This document shows, piece after piece, positions 9,111 to 20,809 of a DNA stretch of 64,000 nt; the first letter of the stretch is position 1; every line of letters begins with the position of its first letter. The stretch covers positions 2,653 through 66,652 of the forward strand of contig CALXAD010000003.1 of assembly GCA_944386195.1 (NCBI GenBank). Reading direction: 5' to 3'. Origin of the DNA: an uncultured Clostridia bacterium (GTDB lineage: Bacteria; Bacillota; Clostridia; TANB77; CAG-508). The translations under genes were made by a program, and so were the position numbers. The notes below the pieces were generated by a model, which did not search any database, was not told the origin of the DNA, and saw nothing but the letters and a program-made list of their open reading frames with translations.

Positions 9111-9791
9111 ATGTTTGAGAGTAAATATAGTAAAGTATTAACTATTATATTAGTAGTTGTAATTATAGCAATTATTGGATTATTGGGATTTTTAGCATTT
9201 GATTATTTCCATAATTATGTATCATCAAAAGATGCAACAGATTTTGTTGATGATTTTAATGGAGAGGTTTCCACAACTCAAGATAATAATACTACGACAA
9301 CAGCGGATGCAAATACAGTAGATGATGGAACAAACCCATTTGACCAAATTCAAAGTACAAATACTGGTAATGCATCAGTTCAAAAAACATACAAAGGATT
9401 CGGAGTTTTAGGAACTATGGAAATTCCAGCAACTAACTTTAAATATCCAGTTTTGGATAAAGTAAGTCCAAAATCAATTGAAACTGCAGTAGCATTTCAA
9501 TGGGGAGCTGGATTAAACCAACCTGGAGATAGTGTTATTATAGGTCACAATTACAGAAATGGAAAATTTTTCTCAAATAACAAGAAATTACAAATTGGAG
9601 ATAAAATATACATAACAGATTTAAGTGGAAATAAATTAACATATACAATTTATGACAAATTTGAAACATCTGAAACAGATACAGCATTCTATCAAAGAGA
9701 TACACAAGGAAAGCCAGAAGTTACATTATCAACATGTACAGATGATAGTAAAGCAAGATTAATAATTTTGGCAAGAGCAGATGATCAATAA
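9111..9791 (+). CDS. Sortase family transpeptidase (N-terminal TM anchor)
   Basis: TM segment; IIGHN...; catalytic TLSTCT motif. Confidence 0.65.
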   Translation: MFESKYSKVLTIILVVVIIAIIGLLGFLAFDYFHNYVSSKDATDFVDDFNGEVSTTQDNNTTTTADANTVDDGTNPFDQIQSTNTGNASVQKTYKGFGVLGTMEIPATNFKYPVLDKVSPKSIETAVAFQWGAGLNQPGDSVIIGHNYRNGKFFSNNKKLQIGDKIYITDLSGNKLTYTIYDKFETSETDTAFYQRDTQGKPEVTLSTCTDDSKARLIILARADDQ

Positions 9792-9854
9792 ATATAAATA
9801 ATTATAAAGGAATTTTAAAAAATTCCTTTATTTTTTTTGTTAAATTGTATATAA

Positions 9855-11891
<2,037 letters not shown>

Positions 11892-11912
11892 TATTTTGGT
11901 TATGTATTTGTT

Positions 11913-11932
11913 GGGACGTTTCTCATATGAGA
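11913..11932. repeat. REP-like element fragment GGGACGTTTCTCATATGAGA
   Basis: Shares the GGGACGTTTC core with 4362-4401 and 8575-8615. Confidence 0.4.
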
Positions 11933-11941
11933 TATTAAATA

Positions 11942-12211
11942 ATGGGAGGAATATACATGGAAGATTATACATTTGAAAAAATGTGGGTAGATTTACGAGA
12001 TGGGTATCAAATATATTATACTTATGTAGGAAATAGATATATGTTATTTAAAACAGCGGATAATTGTTATACACAAAAATTATTATCTATTCACAAAAAA
12101 AATCCACAACCACACATGCAAATGTTGACATTAAAAAGAGTAAAAGAAATGTTTCCACATATGGAAGATATAGAATATAAAGTAGCAGATGGGCTAAATA
12201 TCAATGATTAG
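11942..12211 (+). CDS. Hypothetical protein (host side of attL)
   Basis: 89-aa ORF with RBS GGGAGG; no recognisable motif. Confidence 0.35.
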   Translation: MGGIYMEDYTFEKMWVDLRDGYQIYYTYVGNRYMLFKTADNCYTQKLLSIHKKNPQPHMQMLTLKRVKEMFPHMEDIEYKVADGLNIND

Positions 12212-12221
12212 AAATTAAAAT

Positions 12222-12249
12222 ACGTTGTTTTGTCAACGATTTGTCAACC
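12222..12249. repeat. Prophage attL core (cgttg..tgtcaacgatttgtcAacc)
   Basis: TGTCAACGATTTGTC (15/15) plus flanking matches recur as a direct repeat at 60681-60707; integrase is adjacent. Confidence 0.65.
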
Positions 12250-12278
12250 AAAAAATTCTTCCGTTGACAAAAAATATA

Positions 12279-12299
12279 GAGGAGAAAAAATCTCCTCTT
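12279..12299. terminator. Bidirectional hairpin gaggagaaaaaatctcctc
   Basis: 7-bp GC-containing stem lying between convergent ORFs. Confidence 0.5.
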
Positions 12300-13529
12300 C
12301 TATTTTGCTTTTGAAATTTGTTCAAATAAATTAACTGTGTTTTTTGAACTATTTTCTGTTGGATGAGTATAGGTATCTAATGTAGTTTCAATACTTGCAT
12401 GACCTAATCTTGTTTGAACATCTTTTATATTTGCTCCATTTTGTATCAATAAAGTAGCATGAGTATGTCTTAAACTATGAAATTTAAAATCTATATTAAG
12501 TTCATAATTTACAACTTTTGATACATATTTCATTCCATTAGTTGTAAGTAAATTTCCATCTATTCTTGAACATATAAGAGATTCTTGTTTTAAATCTCCA
12601 CTAGGAATACTAGCATATAAAACATATAATCTTTTTAATTTCTTATTATTTACCAATTCTTCTTTTGAATATATTATTTTATAATATTCTCCATATTTAA
12701 GTTTATTTTCCATTTGTTTCTTTTTGAATTTTTTTAGTATGTTAATTAGAGTATCTCCTATTTTAATAGTTCTATTGCTTGTAAATGTTTTAGTAGGTCC
12801 AAAATACCATTGCTTATTATCATCATTAAAAATTAAGGATTTATTGATTGATATTGTTTTATTTTTAAAATCTATATCATCCCATGTTAAAGACAAAACT
12901 TCGCCTATTCTGCAACCAGTATAGAAACCAATCATTAGTGGTAAATAATAATCTGTAGTTTCTGGAAATCTATCTATTATAGTATTAAATTCTTCTAAGG
13001 TTATGGTTTTTACTTCTTCCGTATTTTTCTTTTCATATTTAGGCATAGAAATATATTGCATAGGATTTTCTTTAATAAACTTACATGGGTGGACAGCATA
13101 TTTTAATGATAAATTTAGTACACTAGATATTCTTTTTAACATACTTTTGGAAGATCCATTTATATATTTTTTATTTATATAATTTTGTAGAATACTTGGT
13201 GTTAATGACTTTAATTTATATATACCCAATGATGGTTTTAAATAATTTTCTACAATACCCTTGTAGTTAGTAATAGTATTTGTTCTTAAATTCAATTCTA
13301 CATAATTTTCTAACCAGTAATCAAGATAATCTGACATTGATATTTCTGATGGCTCAAAATGTAGTCCAGAGTTATTATATTCTGCTAGAGCTTTCACACC
13401 TGCATCAAGTGCTTCCTTTTTCGTATTGAAACCAGATTTTGTAATTTGTTTTCTTTTTCCTTCAATTTTTGCAGCTTCAAATTGATACTGCCATTTTTGA
13501 CCTCTTTTTCTAACATTAATTTGTGACAT
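12300..13529 (-). CDS. Phage tyrosine integrase
   Basis: C-terminal HSLRHTHATLLIQNGANIKDVQTRLGHASIETTLDTYTH (R..H.R.Y catalytic signature); N-terminal SAM-like domain; RBS GGAGG. Confidence 0.9.
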   Translation of the reverse strand: MSQINVRKRGQKWQYQFEAAKIEGKRKQITKSGFNTKKEALDAGVKALAEYNNSGLHFEPSEISMSDYLDYWLENYVELNLRTNTITNYKGIVENYLKPSLGIYKLKSLTPSILQNYINKKYINGSSKSMLKRISSVLNLSLKYAVHPCKFIKENPMQYISMPKYEKKNTEEVKTITLEEFNTIIDRFPETTDYYLPLMIGFYTGCRIGEVLSLTWDDIDFKNKTISINKSLIFNDDNKQWYFGPTKTFTSNRTIKIGDTLINILKKFKKKQMENKLKYGEYYKIIYSKEELVNNKKLKRLYVLYASIPSGDLKQESLICSRIDGNLLTTNGMKYVSKVVNYELNIDFKFHSLRHTHATLLIQNGANIKDVQTRLGHASIETTLDTYTHPTENSSKNTVNLFEQISKAK

Positions 13530-13678
13530 AAAAAAACCTCCATTTTTCTAATATTTATTTCCATAAACACTTGAAAAATAAGGTACATTTAGATATAATA
13601 CAAATGTAGTCACTTTTCAAAGTGTCTATGCTCTGGATAATGTGTGTTGTGCCGCAAAACTCAAAACACATTATCCTT

Positions 13679-14068
13679 TTATTTTATATAATTTTGCATT
13701 GTACTAATATAGTTTCCTTCATTATATAAATAATTATCTGCAAATCTAATAGATTTAATAACACCATCTTTTAAATAAAGAATCGCGTTGTAATTATCTG
13801 TTTTTATTCTAAAACCTAGTGTATTTTCTCCATCTAAATTGTCAAGAGAATCATCACGAGATAAAGAATAATTAGTAAAACCGCATTCAGTTAATATACT
13901 TAAAGAATTTTTTATTTCTTCCGCTTCCATAAAGTCTTTTAATACGGAATAATTTTCTTCTGATTTATTAGTAGTAGAATTTATAAAGATGAAAAATATA
14001 ATCAGAAAAATTATTAAAATTAATCCAGGAATAACACCTGTAATTCTTCCGTTAGAATTCATTAACAT
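13679..14068 (-). CDS. Membrane-anchored hypothetical protein in the lysogeny module (possible superinfection-exclusion or moron function)
   Basis: N-terminal TM segment; 129 aa; located between int and cI. Confidence 0.4.
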   Translation of the reverse strand: MLMNSNGRITGVIPGLILIIFLIIFFIFINSTTNKSEENYSVLKDFMEAEEIKNSLSILTECGFTNYSLSRDDSLDNLDGENTLGFRIKTDNYNAILYLKDGVIKSIRFADNYLYNEGNYISTMQNYIK

Positions 14069-14092
14069 TCATTTCACCCCCTTCGTTTTATT

Positions 14093-14746
14093 CTATTTAA
14101 AAGCACTTTTATTTTCTGCTTTAATAACTCTACCAATTATTTTAAAATCATTATTTGATAATTTTTTAACAGGATAATATGGATTCATTGCATGTAGTTC
14201 AATAATATCTTGTACTATTATTATTTTCCTAATACAAACAATATTATCATTTATCATAATTAAGTATGTCTTTCCATTCTCATAATTATTTTGTTTACAA
14301 ACAATAGCTAAGTCTCCAACATCTAACAAAGGTAACATAGAATCATCAGATACCTTATAAGCAAAATATTCTTTTGAAGGATTTAGCTTATCTTCTAAAT
14401 TAATATACTTACCATTATGATTAGCCATAAATGATCCATTTTCAAAAATTATATTATCAATAATAGGAATAGAATTACCGTGTTGATGAATAGAATCTTC
14501 AAAAAAATTATCAATTATATCTATATAATCACATATTTTCATCAAATCATCATAGGTTGTTAATCCTTTTGAAGCATTTGCAATACCCTTTAAAATTTTA
14601 GGAGATGGGGGGGTATCTAATTTTAAGTTCATATATTGTGATAAATATGTTCTATTAACTCCAGAGGCATTAGCAAATTGTGTTTGATTTTCATATAATG
14701 AATTAATTTTTTTTAAAATATTTGCAAAATCTATTTTATTAAACAT
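14093..14746 (-). CDS. CI-like phage repressor (XRE HTH plus S24 LexA-like peptidase)
   Basis: HTH TQFANASGVNRTYLSQY; S24 motifs SDDSMLP and KIIGRVIK; AGGAGG RBS 9 nt upstream of ATG 14746. Confidence 0.8.
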   Translation of the reverse strand: MFNKIDFANILKKINSLYENQTQFANASGVNRTYLSQYMNLKLDTPPSPKILKGIANASKGLTTYDDLMKICDYIDIIDNFFEDSIHQHGNSIPIIDNIIFENGSFMANHNGKYINLEDKLNPSKEYFAYKVSDDSMLPLLDVGDLAIVCKQNNYENGKTYLIMINDNIVCIRKIIIVQDIIELHAMNPYYPVKKLSNNDFKIIGRVIKAENKSAFK

Positions 14747-14802
14747 ATAAAAAAACCTCCTAGACATAGAATAACACAAGTTTTAAAAAAAATCAATAAA
14801 AA

Positions 14803-14819
14803 TGTTAAAAAATTTAACA
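14803..14819. promoter_or_regulatory. Operator O1, 17-bp palindrome TGTTAAAAAATTTAACA
   Basis: Perfect palindrome; one of three copies in the cI/cro intergenic and cro-distal regions. Confidence 0.55.
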
Positions 14820-14825
14820 AAAGTA

Positions 14826-14854
14826 TTGACATTTTTTAAAAGGATGTATATAAT
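14826..14854 (+). promoter_or_regulatory. Consensus sigma-A promoter (TTGACA-17-TATAAT) directing cro-like transcription
   Basis: TTGACA 14826-14831 and TATAAT 14849-14854 with a 17-nt spacer. Confidence 0.6.
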
Positions 14855-14859
14855 GAATT

Positions 14860-14876
14860 TGTTAAAAAAATTAACA
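14860..14876. promoter_or_regulatory. Operator O2, 17-bp palindrome TGTTAAAAAAATTAACA
   Basis: Perfect palindrome immediately downstream of the -10 element. Confidence 0.55.
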
Positions 14877-14901
14877 AAAAAAGAAAGGAGGAAAAAATGT
14901 A

Positions 14902-15117
14902 GTGAAAGTAAATGTAGCAGCAGTTCAAGAATTAATAAATGAACATTTTAGGGGAAATCAAACGTGGTTCGCGGAAGAAATAAGTGTAGCACCAGCTTAT
15001 GTAAGCAGAATTTTAAATAATAAAGTGGAGGGCAATAGCGATAAGGTATGTAATGGAATTATAAAATTCTGCGAACTTAACGGTTTAGATTTTAGAAAGT
15101 ATATTATTTTGTCTTAA
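14902..15117 (+). CDS. Cro-like XRE-family regulator (GTG start)
   Basis: Divergent from cI; RBS AAGGAGG; HTH-like VAPAYVSRILNNK. Confidence 0.55.
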   Translation: MKVNVAAVQELINEHFRGNQTWFAEEISVAPAYVSRILNNKVEGNSDKVCNGIIKFCELNGLDFRKYIILS

Positions 15118-15119
15118 AA

Positions 15120-15136
15120 TGTTAAAAAAATTAACA
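15120..15136. promoter_or_regulatory. Operator O3, TGTTAAAAAAATTAACA, identical to O2
   Basis: Exact repeat of the operator palindrome located downstream of cro. Confidence 0.5.
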
Positions 15137-15206
15137 AAAAGAAAGGAAGTAAAGATGAAAAAAATTTTTAAAAATGCGGCACAACACACAAGAAAGGAGA
15201 ATTTGA

Positions 15207-15422
15207 ATGGAAGATGTTTTATATACAGTTTCAGAGGTAGCGAAATTAATAAAAACAAATTCTAATTATGTTTACGAATTAATAAAAAAAGGATATTTAC
15301 CAGCATTAAAATTAGGAAGTTTTAAAATAAGGAGATCAGCATTGTTAGAATTTTTAGAAAAATACGAAGGACAAGATTTAACAGATTTAACAAATGTAAA
15401 AGAATTGAAGGAGGTAAAATAA
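15207..15422 (+). CDS. Excisionase-like / HTH_17 DNA-binding protein
   Basis: YTVSEVAKLIKTNSNYVYELIKKGYLPALKLGSFKIRRSALLEFL matches the Xis/MerR-type HTH_17 pattern. Confidence 0.65.
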   Translation: MEDVLYTVSEVAKLIKTNSNYVYELIKKGYLPALKLGSFKIRRSALLEFLEKYEGQDLTDLTNVKELKEVK

Positions 15423-15423
15423 A

Positions 15424-15606
15424 ATGTTATGTGTAATTAGTTTTATATTTGTTTTTATAGTAGTAGCACAATTAGAAGGTGGAGATATTACATTTGGACA
15501 AGCTATATTTTATGGTTTTTATGGATTACTTATGTTTTATCATACATCAAAAAAATATTGGAATTATGAAGAACCTAAAAGAATGAAAAAAGGAGGTAGA
15601 AAATAA
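15424..15606 (+). CDS. Small hydrophobic protein
   Basis: 60-aa ORF with one TM segment. Confidence 0.3.
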   Translation: MLCVISFIFVFIVVAQLEGGDITFGQAIFYGFYGLLMFYHTSKKYWNYEEPKRMKKGGRK

Positions 15607-15854
15607 TGGAAGAATCAAATGTATTTCAAGGGGTAGGACCAGATGAAATGGTTATAAGTATTGCAGAATATGAAGAAATGAAAAAGAAAATTGAACATTT
15701 CCAAAAAAGAGAACAAGTTAATTTTGAAATAAGAACACAAAAGAACGAAGAAATAGAAAAATTAAAGTTAGAATTAGAGAAAACAAGTTATGAAAATAAC
15801 AAGTTAAAAAGGGGAATTATAAAATTTGTAGCGATTTTTGGAGGAGATTTTTAA
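15606..15854 (+). CDS. Hypothetical coiled-coil protein
   Basis: 82-aa ORF with translationally coupled start. Confidence 0.35.
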   Translation: MEESNVFQGVGPDEMVISIAEYEEMKKKIEHFQKREQVNFEIRTQKNEEIEKLKLELEKTSYENNKLKRGIIKFVAIFGGDF

Positions 15855-16041
15855 ATGGAATATTACGAAATATTATTAGAAGAATGTAGTTATTTACAAG
15901 TAGATAAGGAAAGATTGGCAAAGATGAAAGAAACATTAAAGATATTACAAGATAAACTATATAATTTGCCAGTACCAAAATCAAAATTAGGGATCCAATA
16001 ACTATTAAATATAAATTTGGATTAATTAAATTGAAAGGAGT

Positions 16042-16275
16042 GTGAAAAAAATGTCAGATGAAAATAGAAGAATGTTAGATACAGAAAATGCAGCAAAGGA
16101 TAGATATGACTTATGTAAAAAAATATTAGTTGCATTAAATGAGGAAAACATTGAAAAAGCCAAAACTATTATAAAAGAAGATATGAAAATTTATGAAGAT
16201 GAATATTTGTATATTCTTAATGATAGTGATGGCGATAATGTAATAGAGTTACCCAACCGTCGCCAAACAAATTAG
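16042..16275 (+). CDS. Hypothetical protein
   Basis: 77-aa ORF with RBS GGAG. Confidence 0.35.
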   Translation: MKKMSDENRRMLDTENAAKDRYDLCKKILVALNEENIEKAKTIIKEDMKIYEDEYLYILNDSDGDNVIELPNRRQTN

Positions 16276-16362
16276 ATAACTCTATTTAAAAAACAATTTT
16301 TTAAGTGTTTCTGTTTATAGTATATCACATAATATAGGCAGTTGCAAGGAAGGAGAAAGGAA

Positions 16363-16629
16363 ATGAATAATACAGGAATTACAAGACCTGTTGATAATTT
16401 AGGCAGAGTTGTTATTCCAGTTGAAATAAGAAATCAGCTTGAAATAAAAGAAAAAGATAAAATCTTATTTTTAACAGAAGGAAAAGATATCATTTTAAGA
16501 AAACATCAACAAGAGTGTATCTTTTGTGGAAAACAAAAAGAATTAATTGACTTTAAGGAGCAAAAGATATGTAAAAAATGTTACGAAGAAATAAAAGGGG
16601 GATTTATTAATGAAGAAGAAATGCCCTAA
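16363..16629 (+). CDS. AbrB/MazE-type (SpoVT-AbrB domain) DNA-binding protein with C-terminal Cys4 zinc ribbon
   Basis: ITRPVDNLGRVVIPVEIRNQLEIKEKDKILF swapped-hairpin motif; CIFCG...CKKC; RBS AAGGAG. Confidence 0.6.
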   Translation: MNNTGITRPVDNLGRVVIPVEIRNQLEIKEKDKILFLTEGKDIILRKHQQECIFCGKQKELIDFKEQKICKKCYEEIKGGFINEEEMP

Positions 16630-16848
16630 ATGTGGAGGACCATTGGGAGATAGGCCAGCATTAAGTCGTAGAGATAATAAAACAGATATATGTTCAGAAT
16701 GTGGTTTTAGAGAAGCAATGGAAGATGCACAAAAAATAATAAATTCATATCGAAAGGAGAAAGTATAGATGTGTAGTTGTCCTAATGGATGTGATTGCCC
16801 TAATTCTAATTGTCAAGGTTGTTATTGGAATAAAGGGAGGAAATAGAA

Positions 16849-17499
16849 ATGAATGAAAAAAAACAATCTAAAAGTAGAGAACAATGGTTACAAGAAAGAA
16901 AAAAAGGAATTGGTGGTAGTGATGCAGCAGTTGTAATAGGTAAAAGCAAATGGAAAAATAATGTTCAATTATGGGAGGAAAAGACAGGAAGAATAGAAAC
17001 ACCAGATATATCAGATAAACCTTATGTTCAATATGGAATACAAGCAGAGGATCATATAAGGCAGATGTTTGCATTAAATAATCCGGAATATGAAGTATTG
17101 CATGAAGAAAATACAATAATAAAACATTCTAAATATCCATTTCTTTTTGCTAGTTTAGATGGAATATTAACTAATAAAGAAACAGGAGAAAAAGGAGTAT
17201 TAGAAGTTAAAACAACAGAAATAGTAAGAAGTATGCAATATGAGAATTGGAAAGATGAAAATATACCAGATGCTTATTATTGTCAAGTATTACATTATTT
17301 GAACGTTACAGGATTTACGTTTGCGAAGTTAGTTGCAGAATTAAAATATTCAGCTGATTATCAAATAAGAAAAACCTATACTATTTTAAGAAGTGAAGTA
17401 GAAAAAGATATTCAATATCTGGAGCAAGAAGAAATTAAATTTTGGAATGAATATGTTATTAAAGATATTCGACCACCATTATTATTGCCAGAGATATAG
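16849..17499 (+). CDS. YqaJ-like phage exonuclease (PD-(D/E)XK)
   Basis: GIGGSDAAVVIGKSKWKNNVQLWEEKTG is the YqaJ signature. Confidence 0.7.
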   Translation: MNEKKQSKSREQWLQERKKGIGGSDAAVVIGKSKWKNNVQLWEEKTGRIETPDISDKPYVQYGIQAEDHIRQMFALNNPEYEVLHEENTIIKHSKYPFLFASLDGILTNKETGEKGVLEVKTTEIVRSMQYENWKDENIPDAYYCQVLHYLNVTGFTFAKLVAELKYSADYQIRKTYTILRSEVEKDIQYLEQEEIKFWNEYVIKDIRPPLLLPEI

Positions 17500-17501
17500 G
17501 G

Positions 17502-18029
17502 GTGAGAAATTTGGAAAAAACAGAATTATTAAAAAAATTAAAAGCATTAAGTGATAGAGGGGTATCAGGAGAAAAAGAAAATGCAACAGAATTATTAAAA
17601 AAATTAATGAAAAAATATGGAATATCAGAAGAAGAAATACAAGAAGATGAAGTGAAAGAAATCTATATTAATTTAAGAACAGATATAGAAGTAAGATTAG
17701 CTTCTCAAATATTATATGCTTTCTTTGATAATGCACCATTATATAAATGTTATAAATCAAAAATCAAACATTATACAAAATTAACTGCTTCACAAGCAAT
17801 AGAGTTTAAATATATGTTTTCAATTTATTTGGAAGACTTTTATAAACAGGAATTAGTTTTTTATAGAGCATTTTTAAATAAAAATAGAATTTTTCCTAAA
17901 AATTTGAAAGCAACAAATTTAGACGAAATACCACCAGAGGAAAGAAAAGAAATAATGTTATCTCAAGTGATGGCACAAGGGATAGAAAGAACAAAAATAA
18001 GAAAAGCATTAGATGCTGGAAAGGATTAA
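17502..18029 (+). CDS. Hypothetical protein
   Basis: 175-aa ORF. Confidence 0.4.
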   Translation: MRNLEKTELLKKLKALSDRGVSGEKENATELLKKLMKKYGISEEEIQEDEVKEIYINLRTDIEVRLASQILYAFFDNAPLYKCYKSKIKHYTKLTASQAIEFKYMFSIYLEDFYKQELVFYRAFLNKNRIFPKNLKATNLDEIPPEERKEIMLSQVMAQGIERTKIRKALDAGKD

Positions 18030-18031
18030 AA

Positions 18032-18817
18032 ATGGAAATACATCAATTAGATTCAAACCTAGTTAATAGAGCAAATAGTAATAGTTTCAATGGAAATAGA
18101 GGAGATTTATCAGCACAATCTTATAAATCATATATAGAAGAAATTTTAAGTTGGAATATATCAGATGTAAAAAAACAAAAGTTATTAGACCAAACTTATA
18201 AAAAATATACACAAATTTTAGAATTAGAAGCACAGCATGTTTCGGTTATGGTTGCAGGACCAGCTAATTATAATTCAAAAAAATTAGATAAAGGGGAAGC
18301 AATATTACAAAAATCTAATGAATTTTATAAGTGGTTTGATGATTTAAGACAACAAATAGAAGAATCTAAAAAGGAAGATTCAAAAGAAGATAAAGTAAAA
18401 TATATCATTCAAGGAATAAAAAGACTTATAGAATTAAATTTAGATCCAACAAAAGATATTATGTGTTTAGCAACTATTGATAATAAAAAATTTATAGAAA
18501 TATTTGAACAATTACAACCTAAATATAAATGGAGAAAGAATAGTAATATTTATAAATTATATGTTGCATCTCTTAAAGGAGAAGTGAAAGAAGTAAAAAA
18601 AGAAATATTTTTTGAAGATGAGAATTTAACAGCTTATATTGAAGGAGATAGAGCATATATAAAATTTACTATGAAAATTCAAAGACAATTAATAGTTGCT
18701 CTAAAAAGCAGAAAATGGTGGTGGAACTCTTACAAAAAGGCATGGAGCACATATTTAGATAGAGTTGATAGGGAATGGATTAAATCTATTAGTGAAAAAT
18801 ATTCACAATATTTATAA
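18032..18817 (+). CDS. Hypothetical protein
   Basis: 261-aa ORF. Confidence 0.4.
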   Translation: MEIHQLDSNLVNRANSNSFNGNRGDLSAQSYKSYIEEILSWNISDVKKQKLLDQTYKKYTQILELEAQHVSVMVAGPANYNSKKLDKGEAILQKSNEFYKWFDDLRQQIEESKKEDSKEDKVKYIIQGIKRLIELNLDPTKDIMCLATIDNKKFIEIFEQLQPKYKWRKNSNIYKLYVASLKGEVKEVKKEIFFEDENLTAYIEGDRAYIKFTMKIQRQLIVALKSRKWWWNSYKKAWSTYLDRVDREWIKSISEKYSQYL

Positions 18818-18833
18818 AAAGGGGGATAGATTA

Positions 18834-19253
18834 ATGAGTTATTTTGATGATTATGTTGCAGATGGTTTATGTTGTCAAGTTTGTGGAGCATATATAGATG
18901 GAGAAGAACCAGGATATCTTAGAACTTGTGAAGATTGTCTACAATTTGAAGAACAAGAGGTTAAGAAACAACAATTAAGGAAAAAAGGTAAGAAATTACT
19001 AGAAGAAGTAGAAAAAAAACTACAAGCGAATAATATTAGTTATGTATTAAAAAATCCTAATACAGGACATTTTCATACAAGAACAAAATATGATGACCAA
19101 TTAATTGAATATTATGCTTTTACAGGAAAAATATCTATTGTTGGACAGATACAGAAACCAAGAGGAATAAAAGCATTGTTAGAAATTTTATTAAGAAAAA
19201 CTAAAAATAAAAAAATTAATAAAGGAGGAACAAATGAAAATTCAAGTAAATAA
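18834..19253 (+). CDS. Hypothetical Cys-rich (zinc-finger) protein
   Basis: CCQVCGAYIDGEEPGYLRTCEDC; RBS AAGGGGG. Confidence 0.4.
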   Translation: MSYFDDYVADGLCCQVCGAYIDGEEPGYLRTCEDCLQFEEQEVKKQQLRKKGKKLLEEVEKKLQANNISYVLKNPNTGHFHTRTKYDDQLIEYYAFTGKISIVGQIQKPRGIKALLEILLRKTKNKKINKGGTNENSSK

Positions 19254-19944
19254 AACAACAATAAAAGTTCTTGAAGGAAAAGAACAATTAAAACAAAAGA
19301 AAATTACAGGCACAAGGTTGGCGACGATTTTAGGATTGAATAAATTCAATAGTCCTTTTAGTGCATGGGCAGAAATGACAGGATTATATAAACCAGTAAT
19401 TCCAGATAAATACCTAAAAGTAGGACAAGTTTTAGAAAAACCAATTATTAAAGAAATTGAAGATATGTATGACTTTAATATTAAAACATTTGATAAAAAT
19501 GAAATCAAATTTGACAATTTTAAGGATAATCCTATTTTTGGTGGAATGGTAGATGGAATTGATGAAGAAAAGAAAACGCTTATAGAAATAAAAACAACTA
19601 ATGTAAAAAACAAAAAATATTGGGATAGAAACATACCTATTGAATATTGGTATCAAGCACAACTTTATTGCGAGTTAGCAAAACTAAAAGACATATTATT
19701 TGGGGTGGCATATATAGAAAATGAAGATTATGAAAATCTAAACAATATTCCAATAGATGATAGAGATATAAGAATATATCCAATAGAAAAAGCAGACATC
19801 AAAGAAGAAATGCAAAAAGCTATTGAGTGGTATAAAAGATGCATATTAACTTATGAAAGCCCTAAATTTAATCCTAATAGTGAAAAAGATATGAAAATAG
19901 TAAACGAAATTAAAAAGAATTGGAGGAATTATATATGCAATTAG
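19234..19944 (+). CDS. Second YqaJ-like / PD-(D/E)XK nuclease, partner of RecT
   Basis: ITGTRLATILGLNKFNSPFSAW; LIEIKTT...YWYQAQLYCEL. Confidence 0.55.
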   Translation: MKIQVNKTTIKVLEGKEQLKQKKITGTRLATILGLNKFNSPFSAWAEMTGLYKPVIPDKYLKVGQVLEKPIIKEIEDMYDFNIKTFDKNEIKFDNFKDNPIFGGMVDGIDEEKKTLIEIKTTNVKNKKYWDRNIPIEYWYQAQLYCELAKLKDILFGVAYIENEDYENLNNIPIDDRDIRIYPIEKADIKEEMQKAIEWYKRCILTYESPKFNPNSEKDMKIVNEIKKNWRNYICN

Positions 19945-20795
19945 AAGTAAGTGAGATTAAGGCATTGGAGCCTATAAAATTTAATTTTGAACAATTAAAA
20001 CAAGAAATAACTACAAAGGTAGAAAATTACAAAAATATAGTATATTCAGAAGAAAATATAAAGGAAGCAAAAGCAGATAGAGCAAATTTTAACAAATTAG
20101 CAAAAGCACTTAATGATGAAAAAATCAGAGTAAAAAACACTGTATTAGAGCCATATTTACCTTTTGAAAAACAATGTAATGAATTAATTGATTTAGTAAA
20201 AGAAGCTAGCACTCATGCAGATACACAAATAAAGAGTTATGAGCAACAAATAAAAGATGAAAAATTAAAACAAATAATGAATTTCTTTTTAGAAAATGTA
20301 GGAGATTATGCTGATTTAATTAATTTTGATGACATATACAATGAAAGATGGCTAAATGCTACATATAAGATGGAACAAATAGAGAAAGATATTTTACACA
20401 CTTTGGCAAAAACAAAAACAGATATGGCTGTTATTGATAGCCAATTTAAAGAAGAAGATATAAATAAGCAAGTGAAGATGGAATATTTTAATAATATCTC
20501 TAATCCTTCAGTATTAACAATGGCAATTTTAAAAGGCAATACTATTATTGAGAATAATAAAAAATTAGAAATGTTAAAACAAAAAGAAGAAAGTTCACAA
20601 AATATAACAAAAAGTGAAGAAAAAATAACAAATAATACAGAAAATGTAACAGAAAGTTTAGGAAATTCACCAGAAGATGAAGAATTACAAATATTAGATT
20701 TTAGAGTACATGTAACACAAAGACAAAAATTTGCATTAAAAGAGTTTTTAAAATCAAATAATATTAAATTTGAAAGAGTACCTAACAATAATTAA
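19920..20795 (+). CDS. Phage protein, DUF1351-like (recombination-module associated)
   Basis: 291-aa coiled-coil protein between the nuclease and RecT, as in many Firmicutes phages. Confidence 0.45.
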   Translation: MEELYMQLEVSEIKALEPIKFNFEQLKQEITTKVENYKNIVYSEENIKEAKADRANFNKLAKALNDEKIRVKNTVLEPYLPFEKQCNELIDLVKEASTHADTQIKSYEQQIKDEKLKQIMNFFLENVGDYADLINFDDIYNERWLNATYKMEQIEKDILHTLAKTKTDMAVIDSQFKEEDINKQVKMEYFNNISNPSVLTMAILKGNTIIENNKKLEMLKQKEESSQNITKSEEKITNNTENVTESLGNSPEDEELQILDFRVHVTQRQKFALKEFLKSNNIKFERVPNNN

Positions 20796-20809
20796 TGGAG
20801 GAATAGTTA

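Noticed and set aside
13635-13676. Hairpin ggataatgtgt...acacattatcc as a simple terminator only
   Set aside because: It is a plausible terminator, but its loop 16-mer is exactly repeated, inverted, at 15186-15201. It is therefore reported as a finding rather than dismissed.
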